A model generated the notes under the pieces. It had not been told where the DNA came from. It saw only the letters and a program-made list of their open reading frames with translations, and made no database searches. The position numbers were made by a program, and so were the translations under genes. A stretch of 64,000 nucleotides of DNA from Candidatus Saccharimonadales bacterium (GTDB lineage Bacteria > Patescibacteriota > Saccharimonadia > Saccharimonadales > UBA10212). The DNA lies in contig DASTXL010000001.1 in the NCBI GenBank assembly GCA_035758565.1, forward strand, positions 396,981 to 460,980, in the 5' to 3' direction. Each line of letters begins with the position of its first letter. Position 1 is the stretch's first letter. Positions 19,365-28,414 of this stretch are shown one piece after another.

Positions 19365-20084
19365 ATGCGCAAATCGTTTATCAATGATGAGCCGCTAAGT
19401 TATAATGTTACGGTCGTGCAACATTCAGAGGAAATTAAACATGAGCCAAATCCCGAGGAACACGCCAAAGAGCATGTAGCCTCTGAGAAGAGTGTCCCTA
19501 AACCTCCTGCAGATGATAGTTCCTGGAAATCGGTTGTATCTACCCTAATACTTTTTGCGGCCGCCATCTTAATTGCCTTTTTTGTAAAAGCCTTTATTGT
19601 TCAGCCCTATATAGTTGACGGCCAGAGCATGGAAAATACTCTGCAGAACAATGACCGCCTGATTGTCAACAAAATTCCGCGCACACTTGCCAGGATAGAC
19701 GGTCATTCATACATACCTAAGCGCGGCAATATTATCATCTTTAATCAGTCAGGCTTGCCTGGCTATAACGGTAGCAAGCAACTTATTAAGCGGGTTATCG
19801 GGCTGCCCGGAGAGCGCGTAGTGGTAAAAGACAATAATATAACTATCTATAATTCTACTCATCCTAATGGATTCAATCCGGACGCAACCTTGAAGTATCA
19901 CGTTGTGCCCAACTCTACCTTAGGAAGCGTAGATATTAAATTAGGGCCCAATCAAGTATTTGTTTGCGGCGATAACCGCGAAAACTCAGAGGATTCACGC
20001 TATTTTGGCCCAGTCGACGTAAAGAATATAGTGGGCAAGCTGGTTTTGCGCATAATGCCAATAAGCAAGTTTGAGTCTTTTTAG
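19365..20084 (+). CDS. lepB: signal peptidase I
   Basis: SMENTL (box B, Ser nucleophile) and GDNRENSEDSRYFG (box E) motifs. Confidence 0.88.
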   Translation: MRKSFINDEPLSYNVTVVQHSEEIKHEPNPEEHAKEHVASEKSVPKPPADDSSWKSVVSTLILFAAAILIAFFVKAFIVQPYIVDGQSMENTLQNNDRLIVNKIPRTLARIDGHSYIPKRGNIIIFNQSGLPGYNGSKQLIKRVIGLPGERVVVKDNNITIYNSTHPNGFNPDATLKYHVVPNSTLGSVDIKLGPNQVFVCGDNRENSEDSRYFGPVDVKNIVGKLVLRIMPISKFESF

Positions 20085-20133
20085 ACAATATATACATTAG
20101 AATGATCCTCTGGCTCAGGGTTGGACTATTTTT

Positions 20134-20994
20134 TTATTCAAATCGTTTTACGATGTGCTCCAAGTCTTCATCGGACTTGAATTTAATAATCAGCTGTCCG
20201 CCTCGGGCAGTATGCTTAACCTGCACATCGGTATTCAATTTCTTACTCAAGGAGCGTGTTATTTCATTTTCGGAATCCGTTGTTTTTCTAGCCTTTTCTG
20301 AGTCCGCACCTTTTTTTGCCGCCACGGCAAACTGTTCAGCCTGACGAACCGTCCAGCTATTGTCAAGGATACAACGTAGTAATTCATCTTGTTTGGCTTT
20401 ATCGCTCCTCAGCGCCAGGATTGCGCGAGCATGACCTTCACTAATTCTACCTTGTCGCAAAGCCTCCATGGCCGCCTCTGGCAACTGAAGTAAACGAGCT
20501 AAATTACTTACTGTGCTGGGTGCTTTGCCTAGTTTTTCGGCTATTTGATCAAGTGCTAGATTAAATTGCTGTTGTAATTTATATACACTCATCGCCTGCT
20601 CGAGCGGCGATAAGTCAACTCTCTGAATATTTTCAATTAAAGAAAGCTCTATCTCTTCCAGTTCCTCAAGTGATCGCACTATTGCCGGCACATGAGTCAG
20701 CTTAGCCGCTTTAGCAGCTCGCCAGCGACGCTCTCCAGCTACTATTCTGTAACCATTTCCGGCCTTGGCATGTACTACTATTATGGGTTGTAGGACTCCG
20801 TGGCGCCTTATTGAGTCTGCTAATTCGCTAAGTGCCTCGTTATCAAACTGGCGCCTAGGTTGATCTGGATTTGGAAGAATATCCTGGATGAGTAGCTTTT
20901 GTACTCGTTCATTATCATCTTGAAGAATTGTTTTGTCTAAATCTTTGGGTATAAGGGAATCAAAGCCCTTGCCCAAGCCTGTTTGCCTTGCCAT
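20134..20994 (-). CDS. parB: chromosome partitioning protein ParB
   Basis: ParB N-terminal GERRWRAA motif and HTH; overlaps parA by 1 nt. Confidence 0.9.
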   Translation of the reverse strand: MARQTGLGKGFDSLIPKDLDKTILQDDNERVQKLLIQDILPNPDQPRRQFDNEALSELADSIRRHGVLQPIIVVHAKAGNGYRIVAGERRWRAAKAAKLTHVPAIVRSLEELEEIELSLIENIQRVDLSPLEQAMSVYKLQQQFNLALDQIAEKLGKAPSTVSNLARLLQLPEAAMEALRQGRISEGHARAILALRSDKAKQDELLRCILDNSWTVRQAEQFAVAAKKGADSEKARKTTDSENEITRSLSKKLNTDVQVKHTARGGQLIIKFKSDEDLEHIVKRFE

Positions 20995-21749
20995 TATGTT
21001 CTCGCCTCCACTTCTTTGGCTAACGCCTTATATGCCCTAGCACCTTTGCTCCATTTGTCATGCTCTAATATTGTTTTACCGTAACTGGGCGCTTCCGCTA
21101 AGCGTACGTTCCTAGGAATAACTGTTTTGAAAACTTTTTCGCCAAAGTGCTTTTCTAGTTCAGATTTAACTTGACTAGAAAGCCCGGTGCGACTGTCGTA
21201 CAAAGTCACCACTACGCCCAAAAGGTTCAAATTTGTGTTCAATGCCACATGAACCTGTTGAATAACCTCAAGTAGCTGCCCGAGGCCCTCGAGCGCATAG
21301 TATTCAGCTTGCACCGGAATCAAAACATCAGTAGCGGCCGTAAGGGCGTTAACCGTTAAAAGGCCTAAGGCCGGTGGGCAGTCTATAAGTATGTAGTCGT
21401 AGTCTAGATTGACCAATGCACGACGTAATTGCTGTTCTCTGTCGGCAATGCTAACCAGTTCAACCTCCGAGTTAGCAAGTTGAGCGTTTGTTGGCAATAA
21501 ATAAAGATTACTTTTACCTATCTTAATAATAGCCTGCTTAGCTTCGACTCTAGAAAACAGTACGTCGTACAATGTTGACTTAAGAGCTTGTTTCTCTATC
21601 CCTAACCCGCTGGTAGTATTGCCTTGAGGATCTAAGTCTACAACCAAAACTGAATGGTTTTTAGCCAGGTATGCCGCCAAATTAATGGTGCTGGTAGTTT
21701 TACCTACACCGCCTTTTTGATTTAGTACAGCAATGATGCTTTTAGCCAC
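20994..21749 (-). CDS. parA: chromosome partitioning ATPase ParA/Soj
   Basis: Deviant Walker A motif KGGVGKTT with full-length ParA similarity. Confidence 0.92.
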   Translation of the reverse strand: MAKSIIAVLNQKGGVGKTTSTINLAAYLAKNHSVLVVDLDPQGNTTSGLGIEKQALKSTLYDVLFSRVEAKQAIIKIGKSNLYLLPTNAQLANSEVELVSIADREQQLRRALVNLDYDYILIDCPPALGLLTVNALTAATDVLIPVQAEYYALEGLGQLLEVIQQVHVALNTNLNLLGVVVTLYDSRTGLSSQVKSELEKHFGEKVFKTVIPRNVRLAEAPSYGKTILEHDKWSKGARAYKALAKEVEART

Positions 21750-21827
21750 TTTTTATTTATACCCCTGTCAAACAATACCATAAGCGTATCACTTAGAGGT
21801 TAATCAGTAAATGGTTGAGTTTCTTTC

Positions 21828-24800
21828 CTAATTGCTTACCCAGCGTACGTAGCAGGTCAGATTATTGATGCCTATGGAAGCTCCGGAACTGGATGCTGTG
21901 ATATAGAGGTCGGGCTCCAAGTTGTCGGCATTGGTATAGCTACTTAAATCTTTCCAACCGGAGTCTTCAAAGACTTCTGAAGTTGGGTATGAATCTGTTG
22001 GGATAAATGTGGCAAAAGAGTTAATCCCGCTCATTGTACCGCCATTATTACTGGTATGAAAGGCCACACTCACCGTACCGTGAGCGCTGCCATTATCATA
22101 GGTGCTCATCATAAATCTGATCTGTGGATGCAAGCCGGCATTAGTTGGTCCACGCAGCGGCACTACCGGCAAACCTATGAATGTCCCTGCGGTGTTGCTG
22201 CCCAAACTTCGATTGGCATTACCCAGATAACTTGTGCCTTGCGTTATTATGCCCGTGTACGGCTGCTGATCCGATACCCATTTGCCATAGGTAGCGTCAT
22301 AAGTCAGCGTCAACATATCATAAGGACTGGAGCCTGCACGAATACGTACCTGGCGGCCATCATATAGATTGGTCGTCGGCAGTGTGGTAACTACGTCTAC
22401 GCCGGCCAAATTATTGTAAGCACCATTATCGCAGCCGCGGAACTGATTAGAACTGGAGTTATAGTAGATGCCTCCACTGGTACAACCGCCAGCAGGGTCG
22501 CCCGAAGTATTTTTAACCCCTAGAACCAGTATTACGGGCGTGGAGCTGGCCGAACCCAAATTAATCTGCATATTCGTGGTGTCAACCGTGAACAAATTAG
22601 TACCGCTGGCATTTTGGATCTGAAAAGCAGAAATGGAATCTGCGGCATTCTGGAACAGGGCTGAACCAGTACTACCCGACAGGCTAGCTACGGTAGAAAG
22701 ACTATTGGCTGCAGTTCCAAAAACAAGCCTACCTATCGCATGATTAGTTTGATTAGCCCAGTAAACATCATTGATGCTCGAGGTCATGTCGGCAAGGTTG
22801 CCAGAAGCCGTAATGAAGTTCGAGTTACTGCCTGTGCCGTCTAGGCTGGCACGGCCGATAGTCCCACTACTGTTGGTCCAGTAGAGGAAGGTGGGAGTAA
22901 CAGTTATGCCTTGTGGTGTGCCAACGGCGATAGCCACCAGGCTATTATTTGCACCCGTGCCGTCGAGATTAGCGCGGCCAAGAGAATGACTGTTAGTCCA
23001 GTAAATATGCGAGCTGTCTATGGCAACGTCCGTTATGTGCTCGCCTACAACACCCGAAATAAAGCTCTGGTTTACCCCGGTGCCATCAATATTGGCTCGA
23101 GCAACGGTATCGCCGTTATATTCTCCCCAGTAAATGTAGTTAGTATTAACGACTATGTTTTGCGGCACGCCAGATAACCCTGTTATAAAGCTACCGTTTG
23201 CACCGGTGCCGTCGAGGTTAGCGCGACCAATGGCGGTGCCCGTGGACCAGTAAATGTAGGTATTATCTACGGCCAAACCTACGGCTCCCGAGATGCCGGT
23301 TATAAACGATGTGTTTACCCCGGTGCCATCAATATTGGCTCGACCGATAGAATTAGTAGGAGCATTAATCCAGTAGATAAAGTTATTGTCCACCGCTACT
23401 CCAAAAGGTCCTGTTGGCGAGCTTACGCTCATGAAACTGGGGCTTAGGCCGTTTGTATTAGGCTTAGCGATCTGCAGATTGATATTGCCGCCATTGCCCG
23501 CCCCCGTACCTTGACCGCCTGCTAATATCAAGTTACTTCCGGCTACGTCGGCTCCGGCGCTGGCCGCCACCTGCAACATTCCGCTACCACCCGGGTTAGA
23601 TAGCAGCAATCCCCCTGCGCCAGACCCTACAGCCAGCGTGCCGTCAGTCTTCAAGGTGTTGCTAGCTGAGCGATACAGGTTAGTGTCCGTACCAAAACTT
23701 ATACCGCCAGTGGAGGTTGTGGTATTTGTTCCCACAACCAGCACGCTACCAGCGTCCGAAGTAGCGTTAACGGTTATTAAATTATTGGCCGAAGCATCTT
23801 GTACTTGAAGCGCGATAGGATTATTAATGCCTGTCTGCCATTGGTAAGTGGTCGAGTTGGCATTCCATATCATAGTGGGCAGCCCCGTAAGAAGAGACGT
23901 AGATAGATTAGTTAACGTAGGGTCGGTATTGCCGTAAGTGTTAAGGGTCGAGGCGTCCGCGGCACTCAAGGTTCCCTTTCCGGCAGCGAACCAGAATACA
24001 TCGCTATCGGTACTGCTATTGGCAATCGTAAAGCTTGATGAGTTGATGGTCGGCATGCCCGAGTAAGAAGTGGTACTGAATGCCGATCCGTTTACCGATA
24101 CGCCAATCTGCGAGCCTGTCCAGAAAGCCACCAAGGTGTAAAGATTAGTCTGAGTTATATCTACGTTACTTTTGAGCGCTAGTGCTGAATTGACGCCAAA
24201 ACGCACATCAGACGTAGGTCCGCCGCCGCCCCCATGAATACGGAGTAAGGCCTGGTTGGTACCATCAGTCCAGTTAAAGGTTGCTATGTCGCCCACTCTG
24301 CTGGCCGGCTGATCCATTCTAAAGCGTATAGCTATCCATCCTTGTGCTTGGTTGAGGAGGCTGGATGGGGCGGTGATATTACCGGCGGATCTAGTCTGAG
24401 TAGTACCATTGGTTTCTACGTAAGGTGTCGCGTATGGCCTTGCTTCAGCCTGGGCCCCGTCAATATAGAACGTAGTATTTTGCTGGACATCAGTTTCGAC
24501 ATATAAGCGGAAGGTGCCTGAGCCCAGAGGCGAAGAAGTAGTTAGAGTCAGCCTGGTCCAGCTGGTACTAGACAGCGTAACCGGGGAGCTTGTAATTACT
24601 GCTGTTGGTGTATTATCGGTCAGGCGCAGGCGCACCGTAGGACTGCCGGTGCTCGCTTTAGCCCAAACACTAACGGTATGGATTTGGTTACTTGATTGGA
24701 CAAAGGTAGTATAAGCCCCCTCATTGGCCGTGGAATTGCTGGTGACTATTTGGGCTGAACGCGAACCGAACTTTGCGATACTGGACGAGCTAACAGAAGA

Positions 24801-27800
24801 AGATACAGAGGTCCAGCCGCTGGTGCTGCTCTCGAATCCGCCGTTGGCCACCAGGTTGTTGACTGATTCCCACACCCCATAGCTACTGTCGCTGGTGATG
24901 CCGTCGTACGAGTGACCGGCCACATTAGTGGTGCTTGCTCCTTCGGCGCGCATGGCATCATTTATTTCACTGCCGCTAGCCGTTAGATTAGCGCTCAATA
25001 CCGGACTAGAGAAGTTGTCTTTTATGGCTAGAGTAGCAATCGGGCTGCTGGTGCCGATGCCTATCTTGCTATTTATAGTGTCCGCTACCAGAAGGTTGGA
25101 CGTACCGGCGGCATTTTGTACCTGAAATGCGCTCATTGAATCAGCGGCGTTTTGGAATAGTGCCGATGTATTGGCAGTCAAAGAACTGCCAGAAGAACTC
25201 ACGTTCAATAGGTTTGAGCCGGCAGCGTTTTTAACCTGAAAGGCGTTGGTGTTATCTGTAGCGTTTTGGAATAGTGCCGAGCCGTTGACACCAGAGATAG
25301 TGGCGACAGTAGAGAGAGAATTGGCTCCGCTGCCAAAACTGTAGCGACCAACAGTAAGCAAGCTTGAGTTAGTCCAGTAGAGGAATGAACTATCCACGGC
25401 CACGCCTCCCGTATTAGATCCAGTGATGTAGCTGGTATTTATGCTGGACCCATCAAGGTTGGCACGGCCGATATTTCCCCCACTTACCGACCAATAAAGA
25501 TGACCACTGTCGACAGCGACCTCTGCAGAAGCAGTGTTCGCGCCTGTCATAAAACTCTGATTAACGCCGGTGCCATCTAAATTGGCACGGCCGATATTAC
25601 CTGGGAGAGAAGTAGCGGCAAAAGTCCAATAGACATGTGAGCCGTCAACTGCTATTCCGTATCCGGCTTGGCTGATGCTAGTAACCAGGGCCTGCACGTT
25701 CGTGCCGTCCAAGTTAGCACGACCGATGGCGAATGCGCCTTGAGCGTCGGTGAAGTAGATATAATTACTGTCTACCGCTATGCCTCTTATAGCAGCACCC
25801 TGCCCGGTTATAAAACTATTGTTAACACCTGTGCCATCCACATTAGCGCGGCCGATGGAGCCGCCCCCTATTGTCCAGTAAACATAGTTATTATTAGCTG
25901 CTAAAGCAACTATGCTGCCAGAAGTTATAAAATTCGGGTTAGCATTAGTGCCATCCAGGTTGGCACGGCCGATCTTAGTGCCGCTATTTACCCAGAAGAT
26001 GTAATTATTGTTTACAGCTACTTGTCCCGCGGAACTCAGCCCGGTAATAAAGCTCTGGCTAGGTACGTTAACTGATGGTTTAGCAATTTGCAAATTAATG
26101 TTACCGCCATTGCCAATCCCGGTGCCCGCGCCACCGGCTAATATCAAGCTACTACCGGCTACATCAGCTCCAACAGCTGTCGCCGCCTGCAGCGTACCAG
26201 CGTTGCTGGCTCCGCCAGCAAGAATCAAGTTGCCCGCGCCATTACGGTAAAGTTGCGTATCTGTGCCAAAGGTTACGCCGCCAGCAGAGGTTGTCGTGTT
26301 AGTGCCAATTGTCAGCAACGAACTAGTCGGAACCGCTCCTATGCCTATGCGAGTATTTTGAGTATCAGCGACAAATAGATTACTGTTCCCTGCCTGATTC
26401 TGAATTTGGAAAGCCGTGGTGCTGTCGGTAGCATTTTGGAACAGCACATTGCCGCGAGCTCCAACCGTAGCTACACTTTGACCGCTATCGCCAGCTACCA
26501 GATCAAACAAGTCAGCAGTTTGACCAGAGGCGCCGCGGATAGTGGCAACAACATGATTGTTGGCATCTGACTGAATAGCGAAATTAGCAGTCTGCAAAGA
26601 GGTAGAATTTTGAATATAGTTGCCACTGCCGGCTCCCGGTGTACAGCCACCAGCTGAACAAATTATATTTCCACCCACGCGAATGGCCGTTGTTGAGTTA
26701 ATGTCGCCCCCGACATCTAGCGTATAGGTTGGTGGCGTTGGCATGGCTATGGCCACCCTGTCATTCACAGTATCACCGCCTATGAGATGCGAGGTACCGG
26801 CAGCATTTTGCACCCAGAAAGCGTTGGTCGAATCTGTGCCTGGCTGAATTAATACGTTGCCTGTTGGCCCAACCGAAAAGACTGTGTCGTTAAAGCCGTC
26901 GTTAACCTGGAAAATATTAGCGATTTGTCCAGACGCACCCTTTACTAGCCCAGCGACAGAGTTAACATCGGCGCTTTGAACAGCAAAGTTCGCGCTCTGT
27001 ACCGAGGTTCTGTTTTGGATATAACTGCCCGATCCCGAGGCGGCCGTACAACCAGCACCCGAGCACAATGCAACACCGTTAATCCTTATTGAACCTCCAG
27101 CAGTTACATTGATGTCGCCGTTAACATCCAAGGTGTAATTAGCGCTTGTTTGATTTATAGCCACCCGCCGGTTTGAGGTATCTACTAAGAACAGCGCTGT
27201 GGTGCCGGCGGAGTTCTGAATCTGAAAAGTGTTGGTAGAATCAGCGCCAGGTTTAAATAGGTTATTGTTAGAATTTTTTAAAGTAACGTTCGAGCTCAGG
27301 CGAGCATCAGGTAGCGTGCCGGATGAAATATTGCCAGCATTTAGTGCAAGTAACGCTGAACCATTTAGTGCCGGCAAAATGCCACTTGGCCCTAGTTGAA
27401 CAAGTTGCAGTGCACCATTGAAGCTATTGCCAGCCTGGGTAACATTTGGGCTGAGCTGGGTTGACGAGGAAACTATATTCGGAGCATTGAGTTTACCATT
27501 GATAGTAACCGTACCTGTCTTGGTGTCAACATTTATAAGGCTTGTGCCAGAAGCGTCTTGGACAGTAAAGGCCTTGGTTGAATCGGTGTCATTTTTAAAG
27601 GCCACCGGTCCAGACGCGGTTAGCTTTTTGCCGTTAGCGATCTTAGTGTCGATGCCAAAGGTTACAGACTCAGCGCTCACATCGCCGAGCGTATTAGATG
27701 ATGGCTCTTGATTATTGACCTGTGATTGTGGGGTATTTGTATGGCGATTCATAACGAATAATGTAGTGGCGGCGCAAACTAAGACTATTAGGCCAACCAC

Positions 27801-28118
27801 TAAGAAAGATCGCTTCGGTATTCCTGGCGCCCAACTTATCTTTTTGGACTGTGCAACCGGCGGCTCAGGTGCCACAGCATAAATAGACTCATTAAGAGTC
27901 GGCGCAGCTGGGCTAGGTACCATGCCCTGCGTAGCGAGAGTTGGCGCGGCTTCTAGCGAGCCTATTTCGGGTACACCTGGAGTTATAACGCTATTAGGCG
28001 TTTGAGTAAGCTGAGATGTACTGGCAATAGCCGGTGCTTTAGTCACGGCAGAAGTACTGTTTTGAACAGGGGTAGGCTGGATAGAACTAATAGGAGTCGG
28101 CTGCTGCTCTGGATTCAT
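21828..28118 (-). CDS. giant membrane-anchored surface protein (2096 aa)
   Basis: Pro/Ser/Thr-rich N-terminus with one TM (about aa 100-125). About 13 copies of an ALFQNAADSxxAFQIQNAAGTxLLxADTxNxRIGIG-type repeat. A ConA/LamG-like jelly-roll (about aa 1060-1400). Two YWTD-type six-bladed beta-propellers with YWT...IGRANLDGTGxN.SFITG...VAVD blades (about nt 25346-26051 and 22721-23441). A Cys-containing C-terminal domain (GGCTSGGIYYN...RGCDNGAYN) is shared with the 4696-aa paralog. Strong AGGAG ribosome-binding site. Confidence 0.85.
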   Translation of the reverse strand: MNPEQQPTPISSIQPTPVQNSTSAVTKAPAIASTSQLTQTPNSVITPGVPEIGSLEAAPTLATQGMVPSPAAPTLNESIYAVAPEPPVAQSKKISWAPGIPKRSFLVVGLIVLVCAATTLFVMNRHTNTPQSQVNNQEPSSNTLGDVSAESVTFGIDTKIANGKKLTASGPVAFKNDTDSTKAFTVQDASGTSLINVDTKTGTVTINGKLNAPNIVSSSTQLSPNVTQAGNSFNGALQLVQLGPSGILPALNGSALLALNAGNISSGTLPDARLSSNVTLKNSNNNLFKPGADSTNTFQIQNSAGTTALFLVDTSNRRVAINQTSANYTLDVNGDINVTAGGSIRINGVALCSGAGCTAASGSGSYIQNRTSVQSANFAVQSADVNSVAGLVKGASGQIANIFQVNDGFNDTVFSVGPTGNVLIQPGTDSTNAFWVQNAAGTSHLIGGDTVNDRVAIAMPTPPTYTLDVGGDINSTTAIRVGGNIICSAGGCTPGAGSGNYIQNSTSLQTANFAIQSDANNHVVATIRGASGQTADLFDLVAGDSGQSVATVGARGNVLFQNATDSTTAFQIQNQAGNSNLFVADTQNTRIGIGAVPTSSLLTIGTNTTTSAGGVTFGTDTQLYRNGAGNLILAGGASNAGTLQAATAVGADVAGSSLILAGGAGTGIGNGGNINLQIAKPSVNVPSQSFITGLSSAGQVAVNNNYIFWVNSGTKIGRANLDGTNANPNFITSGSIVALAANNNYVYWTIGGGSIGRANVDGTGVNNSFITGQGAAIRGIAVDSNYIYFTDAQGAFAIGRANLDGTNVQALVTSISQAGYGIAVDGSHVYWTFAATSLPGNIGRANLDGTGVNQSFMTGANTASAEVAVDSGHLYWSVSGGNIGRANLDGSSINTSYITGSNTGGVAVDSSFLYWTNSSLLTVGRYSFGSGANSLSTVATISGVNGSALFQNATDNTNAFQVKNAAGSNLLNVSSSGSSLTANTSALFQNAADSMSAFQVQNAAGTSNLLVADTINSKIGIGTSSPIATLAIKDNFSSPVLSANLTASGSEINDAMRAEGASTTNVAGHSYDGITSDSSYGVWESVNNLVANGGFESSTSGWTSVSSSVSSSSIAKFGSRSAQIVTSNSTANEGAYTTFVQSSNQIHTVSVWAKASTGSPTVRLRLTDNTPTAVITSSPVTLSSTSWTRLTLTTSSPLGSGTFRLYVETDVQQNTTFYIDGAQAEARPYATPYVETNGTTQTRSAGNITAPSSLLNQAQGWIAIRFRMDQPASRVGDIATFNWTDGTNQALLRIHGGGGGPTSDVRFGVNSALALKSNVDITQTNLYTLVAFWTGSQIGVSVNGSAFSTTSYSGMPTINSSSFTIANSSTDSDVFWFAAGKGTLSAADASTLNTYGNTDPTLTNLSTSLLTGLPTMIWNANSTTYQWQTGINNPIALQVQDASANNLITVNATSDAGSVLVVGTNTTTSTGGISFGTDTNLYRSASNTLKTDGTLAVGSGAGGLLLSNPGGSGMLQVAASAGADVAGSNLILAGGQGTGAGNGGNINLQIAKPNTNGLSPSFMSVSSPTGPFGVAVDNNFIYWINAPTNSIGRANIDGTGVNTSFITGISGAVGLAVDNTYIYWSTGTAIGRANLDGTGANGSFITGLSGVPQNIVVNTNYIYWGEYNGDTVARANIDGTGVNQSFISGVVGEHITDVAIDSSHIYWTNSHSLGRANLDGTGANNSLVAIAVGTPQGITVTPTFLYWTNSSGTIGRASLDGTGSNSNFITASGNLADMTSSINDVYWANQTNHAIGRLVFGTAANSLSTVASLSGSTGSALFQNAADSISAFQIQNASGTNLFTVDTTNMQINLGSASSTPVILVLGVKNTSGDPAGGCTSGGIYYNSSSNQFRGCDNGAYNNLAGVDVVTTLPTTNLYDGRQVRIRAGSSPYDMLTLTYDATYGKWVSDQQPYTGIITQGTSYLGNANRSLGSNTAGTFIGLPVVPLRGPTNAGLHPQIRFMMSTYDNGSAHGTVSVAFHTSNNGGTMSGINSFATFIPTDSYPTSEVFEDSGWKDLSSYTNADNLEPDLYITASSSGASIGINNLTCYVRWVSN

Positions 28119-28300
28119 CGCCTTGCTCCTGTAGTTATTAGACGCGGAACTCGCTCTACATGATGGGCTGCCTGTAGCCTAAAGTCATAGCCAGCCCTGG
28201 ATAGCCGTTTTCGGCATTTGGGCGAGCAGGTTTTAGCGTCTCGCCTGCCCTCGAAGAGACAGGCGCAGCCAGCGCAGATTTTTATCTTTTTTGACGCCAT
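28115..28300 (-). CDS. small Cys-rich protein (61 aa; putative zinc-ribbon), translationally coupled to the 2096-aa giant gene
   Basis: Motif CAGCAC...(x10)...CSPKC. Its stop TGA overlaps the giant gene ATG in an ATGA arrangement. A-rich leader with no Shine-Dalgarno sequence. Local GC is higher than the surroundings. Confidence 0.35.
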   Translation of the reverse strand: MASKKIKICAGCACLFEGRRDAKTCSPKCRKRLSRAGYDFRLQAAHHVERVPRLITTGARR

Positions 28301-28337
28301 TTTTGTTTTTGTTTTAAGCCTTTTTGTTTTAATTGGG

Positions 28338-28381
28338 CTTAAGCTTAATTATTCGCTAAAAATGTGACCTCGTCAAGAGAA
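28338..28381 (-). promoter_or_regulatory. candidate promoter (TTGACG, 17-nt spacer, AATAAT on the minus strand) embedded in two direct repeats of GTCACATTTTT spaced 23 nt apart
   Basis: Plus-strand AAAAATGTGAC at 28348-28358 and 28371-28381. One copy lies in the -35/-10 spacer and one is upstream of the -35 box. Confidence 0.35.
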
Positions 28382-28414
28382 AAAATGTGACTTTGTGCCT
28401 AAAATTAATCAGTT

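Noticed and set aside
20085-21827. parS site near parAB
   Set aside because: No match to the TGTTTCACGTGAAACA palindrome was found in the flanking intergenic regions. A lineage-specific parS cannot be excluded.
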